Assembly (NCBI GenBank): GCA_964489405.1
Contig: CAZAYL010000003.1
Coordinates: 1-61,026, forward strand
Source: an uncultured Lachnospiraceae bacterium
GTDB taxonomy: Bacteria > Bacillota > Clostridia > Christensenellales > UBA1242
Length of the DNA stretch: 61,026 nucleotides
Direction: 5' to 3'
The translations under genes were made by a program, and so were the position numbers. Under the pieces are notes generated by a model. It was not told where the DNA came from. It made no database searches and saw nothing but the letters and a program-made list of their open reading frames with translations. Positions within the stretch are counted from its first letter, which is position 1. Every line of letters starts with the position of its first letter. Below, in pieces: positions 37,973-47,601 of the stretch.

Positions 37973-39274
37973 ATGTTAGAACTTAGAAAAATGATAGAAA
38001 ATATTGACGAATATGCTGAAAAATTAAAACTTAAGAAGTTTGATCTTGATAAAGAATATTTTTTGAATCTTAACGAAAAAATTAACAGTGTGCGTACTCA
38101 ATGTCAAGAAATGCAAAACATACGCAACAAAGGGGCTGACAAAGTCGGACAATTGATGCGTGAAAAAGAAAAAAACGCCACTGAAATTGAAAGAATTAAA
38201 GCAGAAATGACAAAAGTTAGCGATAAAGTCAAAGCACTTGAAACCGAACTTAGCGCACTTGAAACTGAACTTAAAAATTATATGATGCGTATGCCAAATA
38301 TTCCAACGGACTTTACGCCACGTGGAAAAGATGAAGACGAAAATGAAGTGCTAGAGTATTGCGGAGAAAAGAGAGAATTTTCATTTACACCTGTAGAGCA
38401 CCACATTTTGGGCGAAAAAATGGGCATCATCGATATGGAGCGCGCATCAAAGCTTTCAGGTGCAAGATTTTCAGTTTTGAAGGGTGCAGGCGCGCGTCTA
38501 GAAATGGCAATTCGAAATTTTCTTTGTGATTGCGCACTTGAAAATGGTTATACGCCAGTTAGTGTTCCAGTGCTTGTTGGCAGAAATATAATGGAAGGGA
38601 CAGGGCAGTTGCCAAAGTTTGAAGAAGATATGTTTAAAACTGTTTCAAACGGCAAAGAGTTGTTCTTGATTCCAACGGCGGAAGTCCCCGTAACAAACCT
38701 TTTCAACAATGAAGTTCTTAAGCAAGAGGAATTACCTATTAGATATAGTTGCTTGTCAAACTGCTTTAGAGTAGAAGCAGGGAGTGCGGGCAAAGACGTC
38801 AAAGGAATATTCCGTCAACATCAATTCGATAAAGTCGAAATGGTTCGCTTTACAACCCCTGAACAATCGTGGGCTGAGTTCAAAGACTTGGTCGCGTGCG
38901 CAAAACGCATTTTGGATAAACTCGGGCTACATTATAGAGTTGTTGCACTCTGCACAGGAGATCTTGGGTTTAGCGCGTGTTACTGCAATGACCTTGAAGT
39001 TTGGCTTCCAGGGCAACAAAAGTATAGAGAAATTTCGAGTTGCTCGAATTTCCTTGATTTCCAAGCGCGTCGAGCTAATATTAAATTCAAAAACAGTGAA
39101 ACAAAGAAAAATGAGTTCATCCACACACTTAATGGCTCAGGCTTGCCAATTGGCAGAACACTCATCGCAGTTATGGAGAATTACCAACAAGAAGACGGCA
39201 GTATTTTGATTCCAGAAGCATTGAAAAAATATTTGCCTTATGAAAAAATCGACACTAATGGACAATTAGTCTAA
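37973..39274 (+). CDS. serS: Seryl-tRNA synthetase
   Basis: N-terminal coiled-coil arm. TGQLPKFEEDMF, motif 2 FRVEAGSAGKDVKGIFRQHQFDKVE, motif 3 GSGLPIGRTLIAVMENYQ. Confidence 0.95.
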   Translation: MLELRKMIENIDEYAEKLKLKKFDLDKEYFLNLNEKINSVRTQCQEMQNIRNKGADKVGQLMREKEKNATEIERIKAEMTKVSDKVKALETELSALETELKNYMMRMPNIPTDFTPRGKDEDENEVLEYCGEKREFSFTPVEHHILGEKMGIIDMERASKLSGARFSVLKGAGARLEMAIRNFLCDCALENGYTPVSVPVLVGRNIMEGTGQLPKFEEDMFKTVSNGKELFLIPTAEVPVTNLFNNEVLKQEELPIRYSCLSNCFRVEAGSAGKDVKGIFRQHQFDKVEMVRFTTPEQSWAEFKDLVACAKRILDKLGLHYRVVALCTGDLGFSACYCNDLEVWLPGQQKYREISSCSNFLDFQARRANIKFKNSETKKNEFIHTLNGSGLPIGRTLIAVMENYQQEDGSILIPEALKKYLPYEKIDTNGQLV

Positions 39275-39304
39275 AAGCAATATATAAACAACTGGTATAC
39301 TAAA

Positions 39305-39374
39305 AAATGTTGAGGTTAAGAGTAAAATAATAGTTATGTATATGCTAAATTTTATTAATTTAACCTCAACATTT
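39305..39374 (+). terminator. Perfect 15-bp inverted repeat with a 40-nt AT-rich loop between serS and argS
   Basis: AAATGTTGAGGTTAA (39305-39319) / TTAACCTCAACATTT (39360-39374). The T-tail is weak (TTTAATAATT). A terminator role is plausible but the element is atypical. Confidence 0.4.
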
Positions 39375-39391
39375 AATAATTGGGGAAATAA

Positions 39392-41128
39392 ATGATAGAA
39401 ATAATAAAAACAATTGAAGAAGAAATAAAAAAGATTTTAGGTTCTCTTAATATTGATAGTGATGTCAAAGTTTTTGAAGGCAATCGCCCAGAATTGGGAC
39501 AATATCAATACAATGGAGCAATGGCGCTTGCAAAGAAGTTTGGCTTTACACCAAGTGAGCTTGCAGGTAAAATTTGCGAAGAATTAAACAAATTAGACAT
39601 TGTCGAAAGCGCAACGATTGCAGGCGTCGGTTTTGTCAATATAAATTTCACAAAAGAAGCATTAATTAGACAAGTAGAAAAGACTTTTGATGAAATTGAT
39701 TTGCTTAACAAACGAAAGGACAAAACAATAATAATAGACTATTGTGGCGCAAATGTTGCAAAAACACTACACGTTGGACATTTACGTAGTTCCAACATCG
39801 GCGAAGCAATCAAAAGATTGACGCTTAAAATGGGGTATAAAGTTATCGCAGACGCACATTTCGGGGATTGGGGACGCCAAATGGGGATGATTATTGCAGA
39901 AATTCAAGAAAGACAACCTAACCTTGTATTTTTCGATGAAAATTATATAGGAGAATATCCAACCATTTCGCCCGTAACAAGCAAAGATTTGGAAGAGATT
40001 TATCCAACCGCCAATATAAAAGCAAAAGAGAATGAAGAGTTTTTAAATAAGTGCCGAAAAGCAACCTATGAATTGCAAAACGGTAGACGTGGCTATTATG
40101 CACTTTGGAAATTGTTTGTCGGAGAGTCATTAAAACCTGTTATGGAAGCACTAGATTATTTGAATGTTAAATTTGACCTTTATGAAGGCGAAAGCAACGT
40201 CAATGATATTATAAAACCTATGGTCGAAAAATTACTAAACGAAAATGTAGCACACGAAAGCAACGGAGCAATTGTAATTGATGTGCAAGATGAAGCCGAC
40301 AAAATAGAAGTCCCCCCTTTTATTGTATTAAAAACAGATGGCGCTTCATTGTATTCAACGACAGATTTAGCAACAATTTGGTCGCGTGAGCAAAGATTTA
40401 GACCCAATGAAATTTGGTATATCGCAGATAATCGACAAAGTTTACATTTCTTGCAATTATTTAGAGCGACTCGTAAAGCACACTTTGTGGATGACGACGT
40501 CAATTTGCAATTTTTTGGTTTCGGCACAATGAATGGCAAAGACGGGCGCCCATTCAAAACGCGCGACGGCGGAGTTATGAGCGTGTTAACACTCATCGAA
40601 AACGTAAAAGAAGCTATTAATAAAAAATTGCGCGAAAATGGAGTTGAAGATGAGAAAATATGCGACGCAATCACAACTGCGACACTCAAATTTGCCGACC
40701 TTTCAAATAATAGGGAAACCGACTTTATTTTCGACGTTGACAAATTTAGTGCGCTTGAAGGTAAAACAGGGCCATACATCTTGTATACAACTGTTCGCGC
40801 AAAATCAGTGCTTAACAAAGCAAATATCGATACAAATTCATTAAAATTAACTGAAATTGACAACAAAGCATACATTGATGTTTTACTTAATATAATTAAA
40901 GCCCCAACAATTCTAGAAAAATCCTTTGAGCAAAAGGCTATCAACATTATTTGCGACTACTTGTTTACGCTTTCAAATTCATTTAACAATTTTTATTCTT
41001 CAACAAAAATTATCAGCGAGCAAAACACTGAAAAGCGCAATGCCTATCTTAAAGTGTGCGAACTTGTTTCGCGCGTAAATACGGAACTTCTTGATATCTT
41101 GGCAATATCAGTCCCAGAAAAAATGTAA
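39392..41128 (+). CDS. argS: Arginyl-tRNA synthetase
   Basis: 578 aa. HIGH-type motif TLHVGHLRS, FKTRDGGVMS region, C-terminal DALR-like anticodon-binding domain. Confidence 0.93.
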   Translation: MIEIIKTIEEEIKKILGSLNIDSDVKVFEGNRPELGQYQYNGAMALAKKFGFTPSELAGKICEELNKLDIVESATIAGVGFVNINFTKEALIRQVEKTFDEIDLLNKRKDKTIIIDYCGANVAKTLHVGHLRSSNIGEAIKRLTLKMGYKVIADAHFGDWGRQMGMIIAEIQERQPNLVFFDENYIGEYPTISPVTSKDLEEIYPTANIKAKENEEFLNKCRKATYELQNGRRGYYALWKLFVGESLKPVMEALDYLNVKFDLYEGESNVNDIIKPMVEKLLNENVAHESNGAIVIDVQDEADKIEVPPFIVLKTDGASLYSTTDLATIWSREQRFRPNEIWYIADNRQSLHFLQLFRATRKAHFVDDDVNLQFFGFGTMNGKDGRPFKTRDGGVMSVLTLIENVKEAINKKLRENGVEDEKICDAITTATLKFADLSNNRETDFIFDVDKFSALEGKTGPYILYTTVRAKSVLNKANIDTNSLKLTEIDNKAYIDVLLNIIKAPTILEKSFEQKAINIICDYLFTLSNSFNNFYSSTKIISEQNTEKRNAYLKVCELVSRVNTELLDILAISVPEKM

Positions 41129-41174
41129 TCATTATTTTTTCAAAAAAATGCATATTTGTATATATAAAAACATA

Positions 41175-41202
41175 AAAACCCTTGTAAAGTGCAAGGGTTT
41201 TT
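41175..41202 (+). terminator. Intrinsic terminator of argS
   Basis: AAAACCCTTG (41175-41184) / CAAGGGTTTT (41192-41201), 7-nt loop, T-run. Confidence 0.75.
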
Positions 41203-41210
41203 GATATAAT
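41182..41210 (+). promoter_or_regulatory. Promoter embedded in the argS terminator; predicts a leaderless U32 peptidase mRNA
   Basis: TTGTAA (41182-41187), 17-nt spacer, extended -10 TGaTATAAT (TATAAT 41205-41210). The ATG at 41217 lies 7 nt downstream of the -10 and has no SD. Confidence 0.45.
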
Positions 41211-41216
41211 TATGCT

Positions 41217-43445
41217 ATGAATAATTTTGAGAATGAATATGTCGAAAATAACATAAACTTAATCGACACTCACCCAGAGATTTTAGCACCCGCAGGTGAT
41301 TTAGAATCATTGAAAGTTGCAGTTTATAATGGTGCAGACGCCGTATATTTTGGGTTGCAAGCGTTCAATGCACGTAGCAAAGCACAAAATTTTACGCTTG
41401 ATAACTTGTCCGATGTTGTAGACTTTTGCCACTTGTTTGGAGTTAAGGTGTATTTGACCGTCAACACTTTGATAAAAGATAGCGAACTTGACGAAGTCCT
41501 TGACCTTGTTCGCCAAAGTTATCAAAAGCACGTCGACGCCTTTATCATTCAAGACTTGGGGCTTGCAAGAATTTTGAAAAAACATATTCCCGACATCGAA
41601 CTGCACGCCAGCACACAAATGGGTATCCACAACCTTGAAGGTGCATTGATTGCCGAAGAAATGGGGTTTAAGCGCATTGTACTTTCGCGCGAAGTAACAC
41701 TCAATGACATCAATTTGATAAAGGCGTGGACAAACCTTGAGGTCGAATATTTTGTTCAAGGTGCACTTTGTGTTTCATTTTCGGGCAATTGTTATTTTAG
41801 CGCACTTAAATTTAACAAAAGTGGTAATCGTGGGGCGTGTTTACAACCTTGTAGATTGAAATATCGCGCTAGCACAAAAGGGGAATATAAATATCTGCTG
41901 TCACCACGCGACCTATGTTTGATAAATAGGCTAAAACAATTAGCAGATATCGGAGTTGATTCGTTCAAAATTGAGGGACGTATGCGTAGACCCGCATATG
42001 TTGCGCAAGCTGTGCAATCCTATCGTAGTGTTATTGATTCAAATTATAATGAAGAAGTGTGCAAGTTTGAGGAAAACAATCTAAAGCGTGTTTTTAATCG
42101 CGGGGAGTTTAACGAAGGAATATACTTAGACAATATTCGCGATCAAAATATAATTAATAAAGAATATCAAAATCATAGAGGCGTGAGCATTGGACAAGTC
42201 GCGAAAGTCGAACGATTCAAAGATATTTTCGCAATTTTGATTGAAACAAAACAGAGCATAAACAATGGAGACGGCTTGAAATTTATTCTTGATAATGGGA
42301 ATGAATTAAGTATTGGTGTAGGCGGTGTGGAAAAAATCAATGACAAATTGTATCGTGTCTATACAAAGAAAAGTCCAAATGTCGGCGACACAGTTTACAA
42401 AACCGTGGACTCTAATTATGAAAATTATTTAGTTAGCAACACAAATCGATTGACAATCAAGGCACATTTTGAAGCGCACCCCGATGAACCTGCAAAACTC
42501 ACTATGACATTTGGCAAAATTTCAGCCCAATGTGAGTCAATGTTTGTGTGTGATAAAGCACTTAATCAAGCACTTACGCGTGAAAAAATATTGCAAAATA
42601 TCAATAGATTAAATGATACACCTTTCGAATTAGGTTCATTCACTTGCAATCTTGGAGAAGTTTTTATTCCCGCATCAAGAATAAACGAACTCAGACGTAT
42701 GTGTGTCGACGCACTCTATAAGAAGATCGTTAAATCAAACGAAAAACCGATTCGAAAATTAGTGCGCGATTCAGTCAAACTCCCTAAAATAAATGAGAAA
42801 AACAAAAACAATTTTGCAATTATTGATGACATCAATCAAATTAATGAAATATCAGAACAAACAAACATAATTTTCGCACCAAGAATATATGATTATGAAA
42901 AAATCAATGAATGTTTACTAAAAGCGAATGAAAAAGACCACGATTTTATATACCTAAATTTACCAAATGTTGCTAATTCGTACGACATTCAACGCATTAA
43001 AAATATTTTGACTGAAATAGGGCAAGAAAACATCGGAATTGTTGCAAATAATATATATGCACTTTGTTTTACAAAGCTTGGATTTAAAACATTGATTGGA
43101 TATCAAATGAATGTAACAAATTTATGCACTATGCAAGTTTTGCTTGATATGGGGGCCGAAGCATTTACTAAGTCAATCGAGAGTGAACTCAGTTGCAAAT
43201 TGTCAATCGGGCATAATTATGTTGGCAAGCCAACAATGATGACATTCTGTCATTGTCCTTATAAAACCATCTATGACTACAATTCTTGTAAAGATTGCGA
43301 TTTTCACGATGGACTATATTACCAAGCGGAAGACAACAACTCATACTACATACGTAGAATACAGTGCAATTCTTGTTATTTCGAGCTTGTTTTTAATGAA
43401 AAAATCGGGCAAGAAAACGGTTGCGACGTAATAGATTTACGCTAA
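41217..43445 (+). CDS. Peptidase U32 family protein (long, 742 aa)
   Basis: PEILAPAGDLESLKVAVYNGADAVYFGLQAFNAR, EYFVQGALCVSFSGNCYFS and FKIEGRMR motifs are typical of the U32 family. The C-terminal extension is Cys-rich. Confidence 0.88.
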   Translation: MNNFENEYVENNINLIDTHPEILAPAGDLESLKVAVYNGADAVYFGLQAFNARSKAQNFTLDNLSDVVDFCHLFGVKVYLTVNTLIKDSELDEVLDLVRQSYQKHVDAFIIQDLGLARILKKHIPDIELHASTQMGIHNLEGALIAEEMGFKRIVLSREVTLNDINLIKAWTNLEVEYFVQGALCVSFSGNCYFSALKFNKSGNRGACLQPCRLKYRASTKGEYKYLLSPRDLCLINRLKQLADIGVDSFKIEGRMRRPAYVAQAVQSYRSVIDSNYNEEVCKFEENNLKRVFNRGEFNEGIYLDNIRDQNIINKEYQNHRGVSIGQVAKVERFKDIFAILIETKQSINNGDGLKFILDNGNELSIGVGGVEKINDKLYRVYTKKSPNVGDTVYKTVDSNYENYLVSNTNRLTIKAHFEAHPDEPAKLTMTFGKISAQCESMFVCDKALNQALTREKILQNINRLNDTPFELGSFTCNLGEVFIPASRINELRRMCVDALYKKIVKSNEKPIRKLVRDSVKLPKINEKNKNNFAIIDDINQINEISEQTNIIFAPRIYDYEKINECLLKANEKDHDFIYLNLPNVANSYDIQRIKNILTEIGQENIGIVANNIYALCFTKLGFKTLIGYQMNVTNLCTMQVLLDMGAEAFTKSIESELSCKLSIGHNYVGKPTMMTFCHCPYKTIYDYNSCKDCDFHDGLYYQAEDNNSYYIRRIQCNSCYFELVFNEKIGQENGCDVIDLR

Positions 43446-43491
43446 AAAAATAATTAGCAAATAGATACATCTAAAAAACGTTTAAATTCAA

Positions 43492-43522
43492 AAAAATCGC
43501 GTACAATATCGACGCGATTTTT
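43492..43522. terminator. Bidirectional intrinsic terminator between convergent genes
   Basis: AAAAATCGCG (43492-43501) / CGCGATTTTT (43512-43521). The A-run and T-run flanks would serve both the U32 gene (+) and the 43610-44332 gene (-). Confidence 0.7.
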
Positions 43523-43609
43523 TGTGTAAAAAACATATGTTAATAATTTTAAAAAATATTTATAATTAATTTAAATGAGATACTTACAGCTATTGATTAA
43601 TGTAAATAC

Positions 43610-44332
43610 TTAATTTTCACGCGAAAGAAATATATACAATACAAAGCGCAACATTTCAAGCAAAGCAACAACGAAAGATGCAACATATGTCAGCGCCGCT
43701 GCTTTCAAAACTTGACGTGCGCCATCAAGTTCGATTTCATTAAGGAATCCCCCATCTTCCAAGATTTGCATTGCACGCTTTGAAGCATTGAATTCAACGG
43801 GCAAGGTAATAAGGTTCAAAAGCAACGATAACCCATAGAAACAAACGCCCACCCCAATAAAAATTAAACCAATTGGGTAATTTGCCGACACAAATAACCC
43901 AAGAAGTAACCCTATGATAACCATTGGCCACAAAAGAGTGCTAGCAAGGTTTGTGATAGGGACAAGAATTTGCCTAAAACCTAAAAAGAAATAATGTTCT
44001 TTCTTTTGAATAGCGTGCCCCACTTCGTGCATAGCAACACCAAGAGAGGCAACAGATGAAGAGTCATACACATCTTCCGAAAGGGCAATGTACTTCTTTT
44101 TGGGATGATAGTGGTCAGTTAAATACCCCTTTTCTCTGCGCAATTCAATTTCTTGTAACCCCGCGCTATCCAAAACAGTACGTGCAAGTTGCGACGCAGT
44201 GATGCCGTTTGCACTTTGTATTTGACTATAAGTTTTGTATGTTCTAGAAACTTTTGCTTGTGCGTAAATGCCAAGCAAAATACCAGGGACAATTAAAATT
44301 CCTAAAGCGTAATACAATAAAATAAATGACAT
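43610..44332 (-). CDS. YugP-like membrane zinc metallopeptidase (PF04298-type)
   Basis: N-terminal TM plus AQAKVSRTYKTYS..., GYLTDHYHPKKKYIALSEDVY, HExxH in GVAMHEVGHAIQ, and C-terminal TM helices. Confidence 0.85.
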   Translation of the reverse strand: MSFILLYYALGILIVPGILLGIYAQAKVSRTYKTYSQIQSANGITASQLARTVLDSAGLQEIELRREKGYLTDHYHPKKKYIALSEDVYDSSSVASLGVAMHEVGHAIQKKEHYFFLGFRQILVPITNLASTLLWPMVIIGLLLGLFVSANYPIGLIFIGVGVCFYGLSLLLNLITLPVEFNASKRAMQILEDGGFLNEIELDGARQVLKAAALTYVASFVVALLEMLRFVLYIFLSREN

Positions 44333-44449
44333 AAATTCTCCTTATTTACTTTATGATTTTTTTAATATTTTATGATGCTATATTATAACATATTTTTTTA
44401 AAATTGTATTGTAATTTAACACATATTTTTATAATTTTTTGCGCTTACA

Positions 44450-45172
44450 TTATTTGCCAAAAATGTATCTAAAAACAATGTATGGGCCCTCAAAAAGCGA
44501 AGCAATATAAGTGAAGCCAGCCGAGCGCAACAACCTTTTAACTTGGCGTAGTTCTTTGCCTTTTATGCCAACGTGTTTTTTAAGAAACATTTTACCATTA
44601 CGCGACGCTCCGAATTCGAGAGGTATTAAGAATAATTTCATCAAAATCGTAATTGCAAGCGCGCCCAACCCCACGTAAATCATAATTTTGCCAATAATAT
44701 TGAGTTCGAAAGGAATAACCCAAATTATTATGCCAAGCAAAACAAGTGGAAGGAAAAGTCCCGAGAAAAATCTATTTAGTTTTTGTAAGAAATAGCAAAT
44801 TGCAAAAAAGATACTATTGCTATAGCGTTGTCGTGAATGTCCAAATTCGTGGCAAGCAATCGCTAGTGATGCAACGCTAGTCCCATAAAAAATTTCAGGT
44901 TTTAAAATAATTCGGTCATTTGCGTAATCATAGCAATCATCCACTTTTTCGCCCGCAAGGTAAAGTTTAGTGCGTTGCTTAAATTTGTCAATTCCAAATT
45001 CCAAAACTTGATACGCTTGCGCGTTTAGCGAACTCTCTACATTCATAAGTTCATCTTTGACTTTGTAAAATATTCGATGCGCCGTCCCCGCGATTATCAT
45101 TCCAATGAGAAAGACAACAATTACAAGCAAACTGATTATAAAAAGGGGATTTTCAATCAATTCTTCAAACAT
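44450..45172 (-). CDS. Divergent YugP-like membrane zinc metallopeptidase paralogue
   Basis: Same architecture as its neighbour: TM, soluble region, HExxH in IACHEFGHSRQ, TM helices, LEFGASR. I prefer the ATG at 45172 (GGAG SD) over the ORF-track start at 45211. Confidence 0.75.
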   Translation of the reverse strand: MFEELIENPLFIISLLVIVVFLIGMIIAGTAHRIFYKVKDELMNVESSLNAQAYQVLEFGIDKFKQRTKLYLAGEKVDDCYDYANDRIILKPEIFYGTSVASLAIACHEFGHSRQRYSNSIFFAICYFLQKLNRFFSGLFLPLVLLGIIIWVIPFELNIIGKIMIYVGLGALAITILMKLFLIPLEFGASRNGKMFLKKHVGIKGKELRQVKRLLRSAGFTYIASLFEGPYIVFRYIFGK

Positions 45173-45266
45173 TCTTACTCCAATTATTGTAATTATATCA
45201 AAAAAATGCAAAAATTACAAATGAATAATAACAAAAATATCAACATATAAATTTTATGAGGTTTAT

Positions 45267-46271
45267 ATGAAAAATATTTCAGTACGTGCACAGTTTGAAT
45301 GTATGGTGCAAAAAGACGGCGAAAACATCGGCATACTTGAGAATAATGCGCAAGAAATTCTTATCAAAACAAACAAAGATTTTATTTTGACTTTTTTCCC
45401 ACTCAATAATTTCGAGTCCTTGCCATATTCTTGTAAAGTTTTTGTGAATGGCACATCAATATCTACAAACACAGATAAAGGCATAATTATCAAAATGCCA
45501 CACAACTGCTATGACATCATTTTTTCTCCATATCAATTGAGATATATTGAGCCATTCATTGAACAATCTCAAACTTTAAATTCAACATCTACAAATGTTA
45601 CAGTCCAAATTGTCAAAGAATTTAAAGCGCAACAATGGATACAAACTTTGCAAATTTACGAAAAAAACAACAATGTTTTTTCTCATAAAATGTCAAGCAT
45701 AGTACAAAACTGTAAAATTAGTAGCGCGTATATAAATAATGAATTTTTCATCATTATTTCAGGGACCGTCGATGATTATGAATATGCATTTATCATTAGT
45801 GCAAACAATAAATACCAATCAAGCCTTGAATTATTGTGCCACAAAATTGAAATAAACGACAAAAACATCAAAACACTTACAAAGTGTTTCGACATCGCAA
45901 AACACGGCAAAGTCAGCGTATACGAAGTAGTTAATTCACAAATTACTAAAAGTGATGAATATATTGTAAATTTAAAAGAGGGGAATAAAGTCTTACCACA
46001 AGTTGTCCCATTTGTCTTTTTTGAAAGTTTGAAACTTGGCGATATCAAACTATGTAGAACCCATTTAACCGAAAGCTTAAATTCATCAATAGACGACATT
46101 CATCTCAAGGCATACTTTGGCAATTTTCAAGAAGCCCGCCCAAGTGCAAACTCACTCGATGCATATTCAGTTGTTTTAATCTATAAAGAAAAAGAATCAT
46201 ATTTTGGCAAACTCTGCAAAATTGAAATGAAAGGTGACAAAATTGACAATTTTGAATTGCTTGACAATTGA
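45267..46271 (+). CDS. Hypothetical cytoplasmic protein (orphan)
   Basis: 334-aa ORF with a GAGG SD 5 nt upstream. No TM or signal sequence and no motif I recognise. Confidence 0.6.
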   Translation: MKNISVRAQFECMVQKDGENIGILENNAQEILIKTNKDFILTFFPLNNFESLPYSCKVFVNGTSISTNTDKGIIIKMPHNCYDIIFSPYQLRYIEPFIEQSQTLNSTSTNVTVQIVKEFKAQQWIQTLQIYEKNNNVFSHKMSSIVQNCKISSAYINNEFFIIISGTVDDYEYAFIISANNKYQSSLELLCHKIEINDKNIKTLTKCFDIAKHGKVSVYEVVNSQITKSDEYIVNLKEGNKVLPQVVPFVFFESLKLGDIKLCRTHLTESLNSSIDDIHLKAYFGNFQEARPSANSLDAYSVVLIYKEKESYFGKLCKIEMKGDKIDNFELLDN

Positions 46272-46332
46272 AATTTGCGTAGTGTATATATATTCAAATT
46301 GTGTCAATAATAGCATTTAGAGGTAGAAGATA

Positions 46333-47445
46333 ATGACTATCAAAAAAATCCAAATGCAGAAAAGAATACAACAATTGTTTAATTATGTCAAACAAACAGA
46401 TCAAGCACATATACCACGCCTTGAAGCATTCAGCAAATTTGCATTAAAACACAATCTAAAATGCGAAACAGTCCGCAATCTATATTACAGCGCCGTCAAG
46501 CAATATAAAATGCAAGAAATATTCAATATTGAAAAGTGCAAACATTTTAATGCCAGCGAACTCAAAACGATTATGACACAACTTGTCAGCGAAATAAACC
46601 GCACAAAGTCAGTCCGTCAAGCGTGCTACAACCTAAGCAACGGCAACGCAAAATTAATGTTAAGATTGCAAAATAAATATCGTAGTATATCAAAAAATAC
46701 CCCCCAATATCTAATAGAATTAGGATTAAATTATAAAAATATCACTACTAAAAATACAACGCCCCCCAAAGTGAATAAATCATCACAAAAAACAAAAATA
46801 AACATTCAAAAATCGCTTGAAAATGTCAATAATTTTATTCTAAAAAATCAACAAACCACATCAAAAATAAGCGATATACCCGCAAAAAATGACAAGATAG
46901 TAGCAAATATTTGCAATATACCTATCAAAAATGAAAAAATGAATATTTTTTGCACAAATAAAAATAATTGTGCAAAAAATATAAAATCAAACAATAATTT
47001 TTATTCTCAAAATGTGGAAATTTGCGAAAATAATTTATCTCAAATGCCCCCAAATAAACCAGAAGCAAAAATTTTGAAAATGCCCTCAACTCCCAAATTA
47101 ACAGACACAGACATCAATAATTTGTTTATGGGACTTGTCAAAATGGTGAAGCGAAACGCTATTGAAAGCGCACCACAAAATTTGCGTGATGAATGCGCTC
47201 AAATAAGTTCTTCACTAAAAGAAACATTAGTGCAACTAAACATAAATACAAGAAGACTTGAAGTCGTCAAATGTGAAAATCAATCACTAAAACAAAAACT
47301 AAATGAGTCCCAAAAACTATTAAAACAAACGCGCAGTGAATATGCCCAACTTATCAACGAAATTGACAAAACAGGGCATATAGAAGAACTAAAAAATTTT
47401 TTGAAATTATATAAATCACATAAATTTGAAACAAATTTAAATTAA
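46333..47445 (+). CDS. Hypothetical protein with a weak Myb/RsfA-like N-terminal helix-turn-helix resemblance and a C-terminal coiled coil
   Basis: 370-aa ORF with an AGAGG SD. RLEAFSKFALKHNLKCETVRNLYYSAVKQY loosely parallels B. subtilis RsfA [31 protein letters not shown]. The middle is N/K-rich and low in complexity. The C-terminal heptad-like segment is LEVVKCENQSLKQKLNESQKLLKQTRSEYAQLINEI. Confidence 0.55.
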   Translation: MTIKKIQMQKRIQQLFNYVKQTDQAHIPRLEAFSKFALKHNLKCETVRNLYYSAVKQYKMQEIFNIEKCKHFNASELKTIMTQLVSEINRTKSVRQACYNLSNGNAKLMLRLQNKYRSISKNTPQYLIELGLNYKNITTKNTTPPKVNKSSQKTKINIQKSLENVNNFILKNQQTTSKISDIPAKNDKIVANICNIPIKNEKMNIFCTNKNNCAKNIKSNNNFYSQNVEICENNLSQMPPNKPEAKILKMPSTPKLTDTDINNLFMGLVKMVKRNAIESAPQNLRDECAQISSSLKETLVQLNINTRRLEVVKCENQSLKQKLNESQKLLKQTRSEYAQLINEIDKTGHIEELKNFLKLYKSHKFETNLN

Positions 47446-47601
47446 CTTTCTAAAATTTAAATATATTTCTTATTATTGCGTTAATATATTTGACTTTTGG
47501 TGCCGATTTTTGATAAACTTAAAAAAATATATAAAAATATAATTTTTATATTGTTTTGTTTACTAATTTTATAATTGCATAAAATACAAAAGAGGTTCAG
47601 T

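Noticed and set aside
37965-39391. T-box leaders upstream of serS or argS.
   Set aside because: serS starts 8 nt after tex. The argS upstream spacer is only 117 nt, is occupied by a simple inverted repeat, and is too short for a T-box with specifier loop and antiterminator.
40180-40947. A long antisense ORF (255 aa) opposite argS. Similar antisense ORFs lie opposite the giant genes, secY and S5, for example 49932-50687, 6492-7118, 5328-5921, 25586-26194 and 27402-27869.
   Set aside because: They lie entirely inside strongly supported sense genes. They encode S/I/L/F-rich low-complexity sequence, lack Shine-Dalgarno sequences, and are the expected shadow ORFs of A-rich, stop-poor coding strands.
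47490-47519. A candidate promoter for giant gene 2 (TTGACT-18-TAAACT with TG).
   Set aside because: The -10 is weak and several alternative TATAAT-like hexamers occur in this very AT-rich spacer. I cannot pick one with confidence, so it is not listed as a feature.
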